From Opitutales bacterium (GTDB lineage Bacteria; Verrucomicrobiota; Verrucomicrobiia; Opitutales; Coraliomargaritaceae): a DNA stretch of 47,294 nucleotides. How positions within the stretch are numbered: the stretch's first letter is position 1; the number at the start of each line of letters is the position of its first letter. Below, in pieces: positions 30,996 to 43,192 of this stretch. Below the pieces are notes generated by a model that did no database searches, had not been told where the DNA came from, and saw only the letters and a list, made by a program, of their open reading frames with translations. Position numbers and translations under genes: made by a program. The stretch is from the NCBI GenBank assembly GCA_049598495.1, contig JBMYNR010000010.1, positions 1 through 47,294 on the forward strand. The letters run 5' to 3'.

Positions 30996-31991
30996 CTACT
31001 CGCCTTTCGAGACCTTCCCTTCAGCATTGAAACGTTCAGCCACAAAGTAACTCGGTCTCGATTTAACCTCTTGGAAAATTTGCGCCAGATACTGCCCAAG
31101 TATGCCCATGGTCAGTAGATTTAGCCCGCCCAAAAAGAGTAGAACCACCATGAGTGAGGCGTAACCGGGAACATCGCGACCGAAGAGAAGTGTGTAGCCA
31201 ATCAGATACAGACCATAGGCAAAGGCACCTCCTGCGATGAAAAGACCCAAGTAGCTCCAAATTTTTAAGGGGGCGGAACTGAATCCCACGATACCATCCA
31301 GAGCATAATTCCAGAGCTTCCAGTAGTTCCAACTTGAAGAGCCTGCATTTCGTTCGGGTCGGTCAAATTCAACAAACTCGTTTCGATAGCCGACCCAGCA
31401 AAAGAGACCCTTGTGAAAGCGAATCTTTTCCGGGCAGGCCGCGAGGGCATCAAGCACACGTCGATCGACTAAACGAAAATCACCCGCGTTGGCCGGAATC
31501 TCCGTATCCGCCAACTTGTTAAAGCAACGGTAAAACCACTGACCGGTCGTCCGCTTGATCCAGGAGTCACTGTCTCGGCTGCGTCGGACAGGTGTCACGG
31601 AATCGGCCCCGTTTCGCCAGCGCTTGACCATTTCGCCAATCAATTCAGGAGGATCTTGAAAATCTGCATCCAAAACAATTGCAGCACGCCCAAGCACGGC
31701 ATCCAGACCCGCCCTCAGGGCGGCATCCTTTCCAAAATTTCTGGATAAACGAATGAGCTTAAAGTGAGGCTCACGCAACGCCAGCCGCTTAAGGATCTCC
31801 CATGTTGCATCCCGACTACCGTCATCCACAAAGATACACTCATAATCATCCACTGCGGCTTTAACATGTGTTTGCAGGGCTACCGCAAATGATTCGATAC
31901 CACTGGCCTCATCCCTGAGGGGCACCACAACGGATATCTCCGGTTCAACATGCATACTCCCAGAGGAGGACCAAATCGGAGTCGACTGCAA
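30996..31991 (-). CDS. Family-2 glycosyltransferase, GtrB/ArnC-like polyprenol-phosphate glycosyltransferase
   Basis: ISVVVP..DE, FVDDGSRD, LSRNFGK, DADFQDPPE, GDFRL.DR, two C-terminal TM helices, EVKSRP.Y. Start may be 31955. Confidence 0.9.
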   Translation of the reverse strand: MQSTPIWSSSGSMHVEPEISVVVPLRDEASGIESFAVALQTHVKAAVDDYECIFVDDGSRDATWEILKRLALREPHFKLIRLSRNFGKDAALRAGLDAVLGRAAIVLDADFQDPPELIGEMVKRWRNGADSVTPVRRSRDSDSWIKRTTGQWFYRCFNKLADTEIPANAGDFRLVDRRVLDALAACPEKIRFHKGLFCWVGYRNEFVEFDRPERNAGSSSWNYWKLWNYALDGIVGFSSAPLKIWSYLGLFIAGGAFAYGLYLIGYTLLFGRDVPGYASLMVVLLFLGGLNLLTMGILGQYLAQIFQEVKSRPSYFVAERFNAEGKVSKGE

Positions 31992-32244
31992 CAGGATTCA
32001 ACCAGAAGACACACAGTCGGCAAGGGAGAGAAGAATTTCAACTACCCCATCTCACTTTTCCTCCAGAAACAAACGCAGCCCGAAATCGAGGACGTCAGCG
32101 GACCGGTTCACCTGCGTGTGAAACGGCTCAAACATGCGCGTGTCCGGAATGCGTTTGCTACCCATGTGCCAACTGATACCGCTTTAGAAAATCATCCAGC
32201 ACGAAATCATCCAACACGCCCAGTTGTAGGCGGCTTGAAGACAA

Positions 32245-33255
32245 CTACGGACCTGAGTCAGGCCGAGTCGTAGCAAATCCATCCGGATTGGCTTTGTGCC
32301 AGCGCCACGCCGTTTCAATGATATCAGCGACATCAGTGTATTTAATTTCCCAGCCGAGCTCGTTTTGGGCCTTACTGGAATCCGCAAAGAGCGCCGGTGG
32401 ATCACCGGCACGGCGTGCGTCTTCGACCACGGGAACCTTGAGTCCCGTAACATTCTCAACTGCTTCAATAATCTCTCGGACTGAATTCGGAGTTCCTGTG
32501 CCCAAATTATAAAAGAGACCGACCCCGGGGTTCTCAAGTTTCTCAAAGGCAGCGATATGTGCTCGGGAAAGGTCATCCACATGCACGTAATCCCTCAGGC
32601 AGGTGCCGTCCGGTGTGTCATAGTCCGTCCCGAAGATCTTGATGTTTTCACGGCGCCCAGTCGCAGCATCGATAACGAGTGGGATTAAGTGCGTCTCGGG
32701 CGAGTGATCCTCACCAATGCTACCATCCTCGGCCGCGCCGGCCGCGTTAAAGTAGCGGAAGGCTGCGAAACTCAGACCATAGGCCTTGGCAAATGCCTTG
32801 AGGCAATTCTCCACATCCAGCTTGGTCTGGCCATACGGATTGATCGGTGCCTGCGGGAGGGTTTCCACAATCGGAAGCGACTCCGGTTCCCCGTATGTCG
32901 CACAGGTCGAGGAGAAGACAAACTTAGTGACCCCGCTGTCCAGCATGGTTTCCAGCAAGCGCAGGGTCGCGACAAAGTTATTTTCGTAGTATTTCCGTGG
33001 CTCGGTCACCGACTCACCGACATAAGCAAAGGCCGCAAAGTGCATGACCAACTCGATCGATTCGTCTTTTAGAATCTTGGCCACGGCCTCTTGATCCCCG
33101 AGATCCGCATTATAGAAGGGTATCTCCGAGCTGACCGCGGATCGGTGCCCGAACACCAGATTATCCAGCACCACGGGACGGTGCCCCGCTTCAGCCAACT
33201 GACGTACACAGTGACTGCCGATATAACCGGCACCTCCTACAACTAACACATTCAT
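32245..33255 (-). CDS. galE: UDP-glucose 4-epimerase
   Basis: GGAGYIGSH, HFAA...VGES, FSSTCATYG, YGQTK, RYFNAAGA, DGTCLRDYVHV. Confidence 0.96.
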   Translation of the reverse strand: MNVLVVGGAGYIGSHCVRQLAEAGHRPVVLDNLVFGHRSAVSSEIPFYNADLGDQEAVAKILKDESIELVMHFAAFAYVGESVTEPRKYYENNFVATLRLLETMLDSGVTKFVFSSTCATYGEPESLPIVETLPQAPINPYGQTKLDVENCLKAFAKAYGLSFAAFRYFNAAGAAEDGSIGEDHSPETHLIPLVIDAATGRRENIKIFGTDYDTPDGTCLRDYVHVDDLSRAHIAAFEKLENPGVGLFYNLGTGTPNSVREIIEAVENVTGLKVPVVEDARRAGDPPALFADSSKAQNELGWEIKYTDVADIIETAWRWHKANPDGFATTRPDSGP

Positions 33256-33401
33256 AATTCGTTCATAGGTTCAATTCCAGCCCATTTCAAACGGAAAAAC
33301 CCAAATACCGAATAATTTCGGGTCTTCGTTTGTCGTCATACAAAACTCTATCCACGCTTGACAGTCGCGTAGCGAAACATGCTATCCCTTACCGCTTTCC
33401 C

Positions 33402-34640
<1,239 letters not shown>

Positions 34641-34663
34641 CCGACAGCTCTACCACTCTCAAA

Positions 34664-34915
34664 ATGACTGCAGATCAAGTAAAACAAATCGTTATCGATA
34701 TCATCAACGAAATCGCGCCCGACGAAGACACTTCGGACCTTAAGGGCGAGATTAGCCTCCGCGAGCAGATGGACCTGGATTCCATGGACTTCCTCGACAT
34801 CGTCATGGAACTGCGCAAGCAACATGGCATTGAGGTGCCAGAAGAAGACTACCCGCAGCTCGCTTCGCTCGATAGTTGTGCGCACTACCTCACTCCGAAG
34901 TTCAACGCCAAGTAA
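34664..34915 (+). CDS. Acyl carrier protein (atypical, LDSMDFLDIVMELRK type)
   Basis: 83 aa, acidic, phosphopantetheine Ser in LDSMD, directly downstream of the ketosynthase. Confidence 0.92.
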   Translation: MTADQVKQIVIDIINEIAPDEDTSDLKGEISLREQMDLDSMDFLDIVMELRKQHGIEVPEEDYPQLASLDSCAHYLTPKFNAK

Positions 34916-34936
34916 GCGTCCACACGACTTTAAATA

Positions 34937-34964
34937 AGGCAACGGTGCGAACCGTTGCCTTTTT
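34937..34964 (+). terminator. Rho-independent terminator after the ACP gene
   Basis: AGGCAACGGT-gcga-ACCGTTGCCT-TTTT; perfect 10-bp stem with a GNRA loop. Confidence 0.85.
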
Positions 34965-34976
34965 CATACACGGATC

Positions 34977-36416
34977 ATGCCTGCCATAAGCAACGGAGAA
35001 CACTATGAAGTCGTCATCATCGGTGCCGGGATGGCAGGACTCGCCGCAGGCATCCGTCTCGCCCTCGCAGGCAGGAATGTGATCATCCTGGAACGCCACA
35101 ATGCATCGGGGGGTCTCAATTCCTTTTATAGTCAAGCGGGGCGCAAGTTCGATGTCGGCCTGCATGCGATGACCAATTACGTGCCCAAAGGCACGAAAGG
35201 CACCCCGCTGACCAAGCTCCTGCGTCAACTCCGAATCCCCTATGACGCCCTCGATCTTTGCCCACAGAACGGCTCTAGGATTGTCTTCCCTAGCAGTGAA
35301 CTCGCCTTTAGCAATGACTTCGAATTCTTCGAATCGGAGGTCGCCCGCGCTTTTCCGAAGCAGATCGACGGCTTCCGGGCCCTTGCCGAGGAAGTTCGTA
35401 AACTCGACGCCTTTAATCTGGGAGCAATCCCCGTCTCGGCACGCAAAGCTGTTCAGAGGCACATATCAAATCCTCTACTCGAGGATATGATCTTCTGCCC
35501 CGTCATGTATTATGGAAGCGCCGAGGAACACGATATGGACTACGGCCAGTTCGCCATCATGTTCCGCTCACTCTTCTTCGAGGGATTTGCACGACCTTTC
35601 GATGGGGTCCGTGTCATCATCAAGCTACTACAGGACAAATACCGCTCACTGGGCGGGATCCGGAAAATGAAGTGTGGCATTCGGAAGATCCACGCGGAAA
35701 GCGGTCGCGCGAACGCTCTCGAATTGGACAACGGAGAAACGATCACGGCCGACAAGATTATCTCCACAGCCGGAATGGTCGAAACCGCAAGGCTTTGCGA
35801 TGATCAACTAGACGACACCGCAGCGGACAACATCGGCCAACTCAGCTTTACCGAGACCATCACCGTTTTCGACAAGCAACCAGCAGATTTCGGCTGGGAG
35901 AATACAATTATCTTCTTCAACACAGCGGAGCGCTTCCGTTACGCCCGTGTGAAAAACGATCTGGTTGATCCCACCAGTGGCGTGATCTGTTTTCCCAACA
36001 ACTACCAGTATGGCGAAGGGCGACAGCTCAGCGAGGGCTTTCTCCGAGTCACTGCGATGGCCAACCATGATAAATGGTGCGCCCTCGGGGAAGACGATTA
36101 TCTGGCTCAGAAAGCCCATTGGTATGACGAACTTCAAAGGGTCACACTTGGTCTGCTCCCACCTCCAACGAACGGGCTAAAACCAGAGGAGCACCGACTA
36201 GCAACGGATATGTTCACCCCGCGCACCGTGCGTAAATATACGGGTCATCTCAACGGAGCCATCTACGGCGCCCCAAAGAAGGTCAAAGATGGACGCACTC
36301 ACCTAAAGAACCTCTTCATCGCTGGCACCGACCAAGGTTTTCTCGGCATCGTCGGCGCTATGCTGAGCGGCATCTCCATGGCCAACCTACACGTATTGCA
36401 GGGCAGTTCTGATTAA
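34977..36416 (+). CDS. FAD-dependent oxidoreductase, phytoene desaturase-like family
   Basis: VVIIGAGMAGL.A, LERH...GG, FDVGLHA, FTPRT...YTG..NGAIYG, GI.GAMLSG. Confidence 0.88.
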   Translation: MPAISNGEHYEVVIIGAGMAGLAAGIRLALAGRNVIILERHNASGGLNSFYSQAGRKFDVGLHAMTNYVPKGTKGTPLTKLLRQLRIPYDALDLCPQNGSRIVFPSSELAFSNDFEFFESEVARAFPKQIDGFRALAEEVRKLDAFNLGAIPVSARKAVQRHISNPLLEDMIFCPVMYYGSAEEHDMDYGQFAIMFRSLFFEGFARPFDGVRVIIKLLQDKYRSLGGIRKMKCGIRKIHAESGRANALELDNGETITADKIISTAGMVETARLCDDQLDDTAADNIGQLSFTETITVFDKQPADFGWENTIIFFNTAERFRYARVKNDLVDPTSGVICFPNNYQYGEGRQLSEGFLRVTAMANHDKWCALGEDDYLAQKAHWYDELQRVTLGLLPPPTNGLKPEEHRLATDMFTPRTVRKYTGHLNGAIYGAPKKVKDGRTHLKNLFIAGTDQGFLGIVGAMLSGISMANLHVLQGSSD

Positions 36417-36723
36417 GCTCAGTACGACTGCCATAATTTTTTCGAAGTGGACTCAGCGCAGGGTCGCGCTCGTTTAAATTCGGATTCACATCCGGCATCG
36501 CAGGATGGATTGAAGGAACACTGGCTACAAGAACCTGCCCGGACTGATAAAAACAGCGCGCGGATATTCATACCGCTTTATAAACGCTCGCTCAATTAGG
36601 AAATAAAACTGCATGGTTTCAGTGGCACGCTATTCAAGATTACAGGCGTTGAACATTTCCGAGAGTTCAATATTTTTCCTTCAACAATTCGCATTTTTCG
36701 AGCGGCCTGCTATCAAAGAATAA

Positions 36724-39700
36724 GTGCCATTGAAAAAAGAATATATCCGGCTACGCGACCTCCGTCAGAATAACCTCAAGGGCTTCGACCTAGACTTGCC
36801 CATAGGAGAACTCACCGTCGTCACCGGGCTGAGTGGCTCGGGCAAGTCCTCACTTGTCTTCGAAACTCTTCACGCCGAAGGACAGCGTCGTTATGTCGAG
36901 ACTTTCTCACCCTACACACGCCAATTTATGGAACTGCTCGACCGGCCCGAAGTGGGGAGTGTCGAGAATATCCGTCCTTCAATCGCCATCCAGCAGTCCA
37001 ATACTGTAAAATCATCGCGCTCGACAGTCGGCACTATCACCGAGCTTAATGACTACTTTAAAGTCTGGTTCAGCACAGTCGCTACGCTCTACGATCCCGC
37101 CACGGGTGCACCGATCACTGAGGGCAATTCCCAGAGTACATGGAAGCGGCTACTCGCCGATCATAGGGGACAGAAGCTCTTAATCTGTTTCCGGATTGAT
37201 CGCCCCGATAACTTCACCTGGAAGGAAATCCTTAAACCAATTATCGCACAGGGGTATACCCGCGCCATATACAATAAAGAGCTTCACAGAATCGAAGACC
37301 TACTCGTCAAGAACACCATTAGTGATGCGTCCGACTCAAGCATTCAGGTGATTCAGGATCGCTGCACAATTGCCAGTAATCAGCGGGCCCGAACGATTGA
37401 AGCACTGGAGACAGCCTTCAAATTCGGACAAGGCTGCATTCAAGTTTACGGCACGGATAGCGAACCGATCACTGAGTTCATCCACGGACTAAGATCACCG
37501 GAAACAGGCGAGAGCTTCCGACCTGCCAGCCCGGCGATGTTCTCATTCAATTCACCGATTGGCGCCTGCCCAACATGTCGCGGTTTTGGAAGGGTGATTG
37601 AAATCGACGAAGATCTTGTCATTCCCGACCACAGTCTATCAATCGACGATGGAGCGATACGCGCATTTCAGGGTGAAGTCTACAGAGAAAGCCTACGGGA
37701 TCTCCAGCGAGCTGCCCAAAAACATAAGATCCGCACGCACATCCCCTGGTCGAAGCTCAATAAAAAGGAGTTGGCTTTCATCTGGGACGGAGTTCCCGGC
37801 TACAAGAGCGGTTATAATCAGTGGTATGGTATCCGCCGCTTTTTTGAATGGCTGAATTCCAAGCTCTACAAAATGCATGTCCGGGTCTTTCTCTCGAAAT
37901 TCCGGAGCTACACTCTGTGCCCGGACTGCAACGGCGCCCGACTCAAACCGGAATCGCTCTACTGGAAGTGGAACGGCCACACCCTACCCGACCTTTATCG
38001 GAAAAGCGTCAGCCAGTTATATGAGCTTCTCACTTCAAACTTTTCAGCTTCCACGCTTCAAAAAAGTGAGGCGAGCAAGAATACCGCTCTCGAGGGAATT
38101 ATCAACCGACTCTCATTCCTGAAGGATGTTGGACTAAACTACCTTACACTCGACCGTAGCTCCCGCAGCCTATCCGGCGGCGAAACCATGCGGGTCAACC
38201 TCACCTCCTGCCTAGGGTCCGCACTGACCGATACACTCTTTGTTCTCGACGAACCATCCGTCGGGCTCCACCCACGTGATATGGATCGGCTAATTGCCAT
38301 CCTCCGCCAACTGACTGATCTGGGCAATACCGTCGTTGTAGTCGAGCACGACGAAGCTATCATGCGGGCAGCCGACCACCTCATCGAAATCGGCCCCATG
38401 CCAGGGGTAAACGGTGGCCTGCTGAGCTTTCAAGGAAACTTCAGTTCGATCTTGAAATCCGATACGCATACGGGGCGTTTTCTTTCCGGCCGAGAACAGA
38501 TCGATATTCCAACTAAACGTCGCAGTCCGAAGGGACCTTCACTCTCAATCTATGGCGCGAGGAAGCATAACATCAACGGACTCGACATCCATCTCCCCCA
38601 GCAGCAACTCGTCTGCCTAAGTGGTGTTTCAGGCTCGGGCAAGAGTACCGTGCTCAATCATGTTATCTACCAAAACTTACTCGCGCAAAAGGGCCTTGTG
38701 AGTGAGGATCCCGCGTTCATCAAGGACATTGAGTCGGCCTTACCTCTTTCGGACGTGGTCATGATCGACCAAAGCCCGGTTAGTAAAACACCACGATCGA
38801 ACCCTGCGCTCTTTACGAAAGCATGGGATGATATTCGGAAACTATTCGCCAAACTGGACGCGTCGCACGCCGCCGGCATGCTGGCGGGCCACTTTTCCTT
38901 CAACAGCGGGGAGGGACGCTGTCACAGCTGCTCCGGACTGGGCTACGAACGAATCGAGATGCAGTTTGTCTCCGATCTCTTTGTCCCGTGTGAAACCTGC
39001 GGGGGTCAACGTTTCAAATCAGAGGTATTGGAGATCCAGTTCAACGGCCGGTCGATCGCCGGGATCCTCGAACTCGACATTGATGAGGCGGTACTCTTTT
39101 TCCGAGACCACCCAAATATTGTGCGTGCTCTTCAACCGCTCATTGAGGTCGGACTCGGTTACATCAAGCTCGGTCAACCCCTGAACACCCTTTCGGGCGG
39201 AGAGTCTCAGCGCCTCAAGCTCGTTCGTTATCTGGGCAAAGTAGCAGACGCATCAGGACACGCACTTATTCTGATCGACGAACCGACGACCGGGCTACAC
39301 CGCGCCGATGTCAAACGTCTCATCAAAGTCCTTCAGAGACTCGTCGACACGGGGCACTCGGTCATTGTTATCGAGCACAATATCGATGTCCTAAAGGTCG
39401 CCGACTGGATCGTCGAAATGGGCCCTGATGCCGGAAGCAAAGGAGGCAAGGTCGTCGCCTACGGCACGCCGGAGCAAATTGCGGCGAAGGATTGCCCGAC
39501 CGCTCCCTATCTAGCGGAAGCTCTTGCAGAAACCTTAGCGGCGACGCCCACCGGGCTCAAAGTCGCCGAAGGGCAATCCACCTACAATTCAGGGCATCAG
39601 CACTTCAATAACTCAAAACCTCCTAATCCCACGAATACTTTGAGCATTCGCGGCGCGCGCGTGCATAATCTTAAAGACGTTTCGACAGAAATTCCTCACA

Positions 39701-42297
39701 AAGCATTGACCGTGGTCACTGGCGTCTCGGGATCCGGCAAATCCTCGCTCGCCTTCGACATCGTTTTTGCCGAAGGGCAGCGCCGCTTCATGGAAAGTAT
39801 GTCTGCCTATACAAGGCAATTCGTCGAGCAGATGCCCCGCGCTGATGTCGATGAGATAAAGGGTATCGCACCCACTATAGCAATTGAACAGCGAGTTACG
39901 CGTGGCACCCGAAAATCGACCGTCGCAACGATCACCGAAGTGGCTCAGTATTTACGTCTACTCTACGCCCGCATTGGCATCCAGCACTCCCCCACAAGCG
40001 GCGAAGTCGTTATCTCACAAAGCGAATCGGCTCTAATCAAGCGATTGAAAAGGATTCTATCAGAAAGCAAAGCGAAGCGTCTTTATCTCTGCGCACCAAT
40101 GATTCGAGGACGAAAGGGACATCACGAGCCACTTGCGAATTGGGCACGCGACCATAGCTATGAGCTGCTATGTATCGACGGCGCCCTGGTCCATCTGGAT
40201 CAGTTCAAGAAACTCGACCGCTACGTGGAACACGATATTGATCTCATCATCTGTGATCTCCGCTCTCAAACCTACACTCTCCACTCACAACTCAAAACTG
40301 CACTCGAATACGGAAAGGGCTCTGCCCTTGTCCTAACTGATCAAGGTGCGGTTTTGTCCTGGCTCTCAACCAAACGCACCGATCCTACCACAGGCGAAGC
40401 TTTTCCCGAGCTCGACCCGAAGCACTTCTCGTGGAATAGCCCACGCGGTTGGTGCCCGGATTGCCGGGGATACGGACGGATCTTTGACTGGATTGACAAA
40501 GAGGACAAAGAAGAAAATCCCCTCAAGGATCATCTGGATGACATGGAGAATGGCGACACTTGCCCGAGTTGTGACGGAGCCCGTCTTAATGCTGTAAGTC
40601 GCTCGGTCAGGCTTCCAACTTCAAAACCTCTTGATTTCCCAACCTCTCAACCGAAGGCCATTTCACTCCCCGAATTACTCCATTTAACCCCCTCAAAGCT
40701 ACTCGAAACACTGAATAATATTTCGGTCAGCAAACGGGATCAGAGGGTTTTAGACGAGTTGTTGCCCGAAATCGAAGGACGTTTGCGTTTCATGGATCGT
40801 GTGGGGCTTGGCTATCTCGAGCTCGACCGTGCGACGGCCACCCTTTCCGGCGGGGAGGCTCAGCGTATACGCTTGGCCGCGCAACTAGGCTCCAATCTAT
40901 CAGGTGTACTCTACGTGCTCGACGAGCCTTCCATCGGTCTTCACGCACGTGACAATAATAAACTTCTCCAATCACTGAAGCAGCTTAAGGAACGCGGTAA
41001 CACTCTCGTCGTAGTGGAGCATAATGAAGCTACCATGCGACATGCCGATCGAATTATTGATCTTGGTCCGGCAGCAGGAATCCATGGCGGCGAGATCATT
41101 GGCAGCGGTTCCTTAGCCCAGATCAAGCAAAACAAAAAATCTCTGACCGCGCGCTATCTGCGCAAACAAATGCAGCATCCTTTGCGCGGCGATCACCGCA
41201 ATCTGCCCCCAACTTGGAGTCCCCGAAAAAAGAAAGGTAAGGAACACTGGATCGCTTTACAAAAGGCTTCGCTGCGCAATTTAAAAGGCTTCGATCTCAC
41301 CATTCCAAAGAACCGGCTGACCGTGGTCTGCGGGGTCTCCGGCGCAGGCAAGTCGACCCTGATCCGAGATTTGCTCAAACCACTCGTTGAAGAAGCAATC
41401 ACCACAAATAGCACGAAGCTCACGAAAAAGGAACTCTCCACTCTCAACTCACCACTCTCAACTAGCTTCCGCGCCCTTAGCGGAGCTGAGACAGTCCGAA
41501 AAGTCGTCGAAGTCGATCAATCACCCATAGGAAAAACACCACGTTCCACACCCGCCACCTATATCGGTGCATTTGATATTATCCGTCGGATCTACGCGCA
41601 ACTACCTGAGGCGAATATGCGCGGCTACAATGCGAGCACTTTTTCCTTTAACACCAAAGGGGGACGCTGTGAGACCTGCAAAGGGGCCGGCCGGATAAAA
41701 TTGGAAATGAATTTTATGCCCGACACTCATGTAACCTGCGAGGACTGCAATGGTCGTCGCTACGGAGCCGAGCTTGATGAACTTCGCTGGAACGGAAAAA
41801 GTATCGCCGATGTCCTCCGAATGAGCTTCGAGGAAGCCGCAGAATTTTTCAGTTTTCATACACAGCTAAGCAAGCTGATGCAACTCATGGTCGAAACCGG
41901 ACTCGGCTATATCACCCTCGGCCAATACTCGCCGACCCTATCCGGAGGCGAGGCCCAACGCATGAAGCTCGTGAGCGAACTCGCGAAAGGACAGCCCACA
42001 TTTAAGGAGCACCAATACAATAGATGTCAGGGCAATCTCTATATCCTAGAGGAACCCACGATCGGACTCCACCTCGCCGATGTCGAGCGACTCATCGAAC
42101 TCCTCCATCGCCTCGTTGACAACGGACACACAGTCATCGTCATTGAACACCACCTGGAAGTCATACAGGATGCGGATTATGTGGTCGAAATTGGCCCCCA
42201 AGGCGGTGACGCCGGCGGAGAAATACTCTATCAGGGAAATCTGGCAGGTTTAAGGACGGCGAAACAAAGCGTCACTGCTGAATTTCTCAGCCTGTAG
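36724..42297 (+). CDS. uvrA: Excinuclease ABC subunit A, double-length (two fused UvrA units)
   Basis: 1857 aa. Four Walker A motifs (GLSGSGKS, GVSGSGKS x2, GVSGAGKS), four LSGGE signatures, two AEGQRR motifs, two KTPRS motifs and multiple CxxC zinc fingers. Confidence 0.95.
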   Translation: MPLKKEYIRLRDLRQNNLKGFDLDLPIGELTVVTGLSGSGKSSLVFETLHAEGQRRYVETFSPYTRQFMELLDRPEVGSVENIRPSIAIQQSNTVKSSRSTVGTITELNDYFKVWFSTVATLYDPATGAPITEGNSQSTWKRLLADHRGQKLLICFRIDRPDNFTWKEILKPIIAQGYTRAIYNKELHRIEDLLVKNTISDASDSSIQVIQDRCTIASNQRARTIEALETAFKFGQGCIQVYGTDSEPITEFIHGLRSPETGESFRPASPAMFSFNSPIGACPTCRGFGRVIEIDEDLVIPDHSLSIDDGAIRAFQGEVYRESLRDLQRAAQKHKIRTHIPWSKLNKKELAFIWDGVPGYKSGYNQWYGIRRFFEWLNSKLYKMHVRVFLSKFRSYTLCPDCNGARLKPESLYWKWNGHTLPDLYRKSVSQLYELLTSNFSASTLQKSEASKNTALEGIINRLSFLKDVGLNYLTLDRSSRSLSGGETMRVNLTSCLGSALTDTLFVLDEPSVGLHPRDMDRLIAILRQLTDLGNTVVVVEHDEAIMRAADHLIEIGPMPGVNGGLLSFQGNFSSILKSDTHTGRFLSGREQIDIPTKRRSPKGPSLSIYGARKHNINGLDIHLPQQQLVCLSGVSGSGKSTVLNHVIYQNLLAQKGLVSEDPAFIKDIESALPLSDVVMIDQSPVSKTPRSNPALFTKAWDDIRKLFAKLDASHAAGMLAGHFSFNSGEGRCHSCSGLGYERIEMQFVSDLFVPCETCGGQRFKSEVLEIQFNGRSIAGILELDIDEAVLFFRDHPNIVRALQPLIEVGLGYIKLGQPLNTLSGGESQRLKLVRYLGKVADASGHALILIDEPTTGLHRADVKRLIKVLQRLVDTGHSVIVIEHNIDVLKVADWIVEMGPDAGSKGGKVVAYGTPEQIAAKDCPTAPYLAEALAETLAATPTGLKVAEGQSTYNSGHQHFNNSKPPNPTNTLSIRGARVHNLKDVSTEIPHKALTVVTGVSGSGKSSLAFDIVFAEGQRRFMESMSAYTRQFVEQMPRADVDEIKGIAPTIAIEQRVTRGTRKSTVATITEVAQYLRLLYARIGIQHSPTSGEVVISQSESALIKRLKRILSESKAKRLYLCAPMIRGRKGHHEPLANWARDHSYELLCIDGALVHLDQFKKLDRYVEHDIDLIICDLRSQTYTLHSQLKTALEYGKGSALVLTDQGAVLSWLSTKRTDPTTGEAFPELDPKHFSWNSPRGWCPDCRGYGRIFDWIDKEDKEENPLKDHLDDMENGDTCPSCDGARLNAVSRSVRLPTSKPLDFPTSQPKAISLPELLHLTPSKLLETLNNISVSKRDQRVLDELLPEIEGRLRFMDRVGLGYLELDRATATLSGGEAQRIRLAAQLGSNLSGVLYVLDEPSIGLHARDNNKLLQSLKQLKERGNTLVVVEHNEATMRHADRIIDLGPAAGIHGGEIIGSGSLAQIKQNKKSLTARYLRKQMQHPLRGDHRNLPPTWSPRKKKGKEHWIALQKASLRNLKGFDLTIPKNRLTVVCGVSGAGKSTLIRDLLKPLVEEAITTNSTKLTKKELSTLNSPLSTSFRALSGAETVRKVVEVDQSPIGKTPRSTPATYIGAFDIIRRIYAQLPEANMRGYNASTFSFNTKGGRCETCKGAGRIKLEMNFMPDTHVTCEDCNGRRYGAELDELRWNGKSIADVLRMSFEEAAEFFSFHTQLSKLMQLMVETGLGYITLGQYSPTLSGGEAQRMKLVSELAKGQPTFKEHQYNRCQGNLYILEEPTIGLHLADVERLIELLHRLVDNGHTVIVIEHHLEVIQDADYVVEIGPQGGDAGGEILYQGNLAGLRTAKQSVTAEFLSL

Positions 42298-42386
42298 AGT
42301 GTGTCAACTGAAGTAATGTGCCAATGACGATTGCTTTGCTTTGAGCTTTGCTCCCCGCTGCAAAACAAGATACATAACTAAAAGAT

Positions 42387-43178
42387 ATGAAATCTCACGA
42401 AGTTGACTACAAAATCTACGGTAACGATCTTCAGACAGTAGAAGTTGAACTGGATCCGGGCGAAACTGTTATTGCTGAAGCAGGAGCCATGAACTGGATG
42501 GAAGAAGACATTTCTTTTGAAGCCAAAATGGGAGACGGTTCCGACACAGGTGGAGGGTTCGTGGGGAAATTTCTGTCTCTTGGTAAACGTGCGCTAACCG
42601 GAGAATCATTGTTTATGACCCATTTTACAAACAGGGGAAACAACGGGAAACGTCGCTTAGCCTTTGCAGCGCCTTACCCAGGGCAAATCATACCGGTGGA
42701 TTTGTCCGAAATCGGTGGAACTATTTTGTGTCAAAAGGATGCTTTCTTGGCAGCAGCGCTGGGGACCAAAGTATCGATTGCATTCAAGAAAAAGCTTGGC
42801 GTAGGTTTCTTTGGCGGTGAAGGCTTCATTCTTCAAAAACTCCAAGGTGACGGCAAAGCATTTATTCACGCAGGCGGAAGCGTCGTAAAAAAAGTGCTTC
42901 AGGGTGAGACCCTACGTATTGATACTGGTTGTATCGTAGCCTTCAGCGATGGAATCGATTACAATATCGAAAGAGCCGGTAATCTAAAAAGCATGCTCTT
43001 CGCTGGTGAAGGACTTTTTCTAGCCACTCTCAGAGGGCACGGAACTGTTTACATCCAGACGATGCCATTCTCACGCTTGGCAGACCGCATCATCCAAAAC
43101 GCTCCTTCAAGCGGTGGAAAAAGTAAAGGTGAAGGCTCCGTTCTTGGACGCCTGGGCCGTCTAGTCGACGGAGATTAA
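42387..43178 (+). CDS. TIGR00266/AIM24-family protein
   Basis: G.DLQ.V.VELDPGE...[40 protein letters not shown]...L.G.G.V..Q. Confidence 0.92.
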   Translation: MKSHEVDYKIYGNDLQTVEVELDPGETVIAEAGAMNWMEEDISFEAKMGDGSDTGGGFVGKFLSLGKRALTGESLFMTHFTNRGNNGKRRLAFAAPYPGQIIPVDLSEIGGTILCQKDAFLAAALGTKVSIAFKKKLGVGFFGGEGFILQKLQGDGKAFIHAGGSVVKKVLQGETLRIDTGCIVAFSDGIDYNIERAGNLKSMLFAGEGLFLATLRGHGTVYIQTMPFSRLADRIIQNAPSSGGKSKGEGSVLGRLGRLVDGD

Positions 43179-43192
43179 CGAAGCATTCAATT

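Noticed and set aside
31992..32270. Small gene or structured RNA between the glycosyltransferase and galE
   Set aside because: Only a 15-bp imperfect tandem (AAATCATCCA[G/A]CACG, 32189-32218) and weak short palindromes near the galE stop; the ORFs here have no recognisable features
36649..36670. TTGAAC-N10-GTTCAA upstream of uvrA as an SOS box
   Set aside because: Orientation and spacing do not fit the TGTTC-N4-GAACA LexA motif reported for Verrucomicrobia, and a 6-bp arm can occur by chance
36417..36723. ncRNA or riboswitch in the 307-bp spacer before uvrA
   Set aside because: No motif I recognise; an Rfam/Infernal scan would be needed to exclude it
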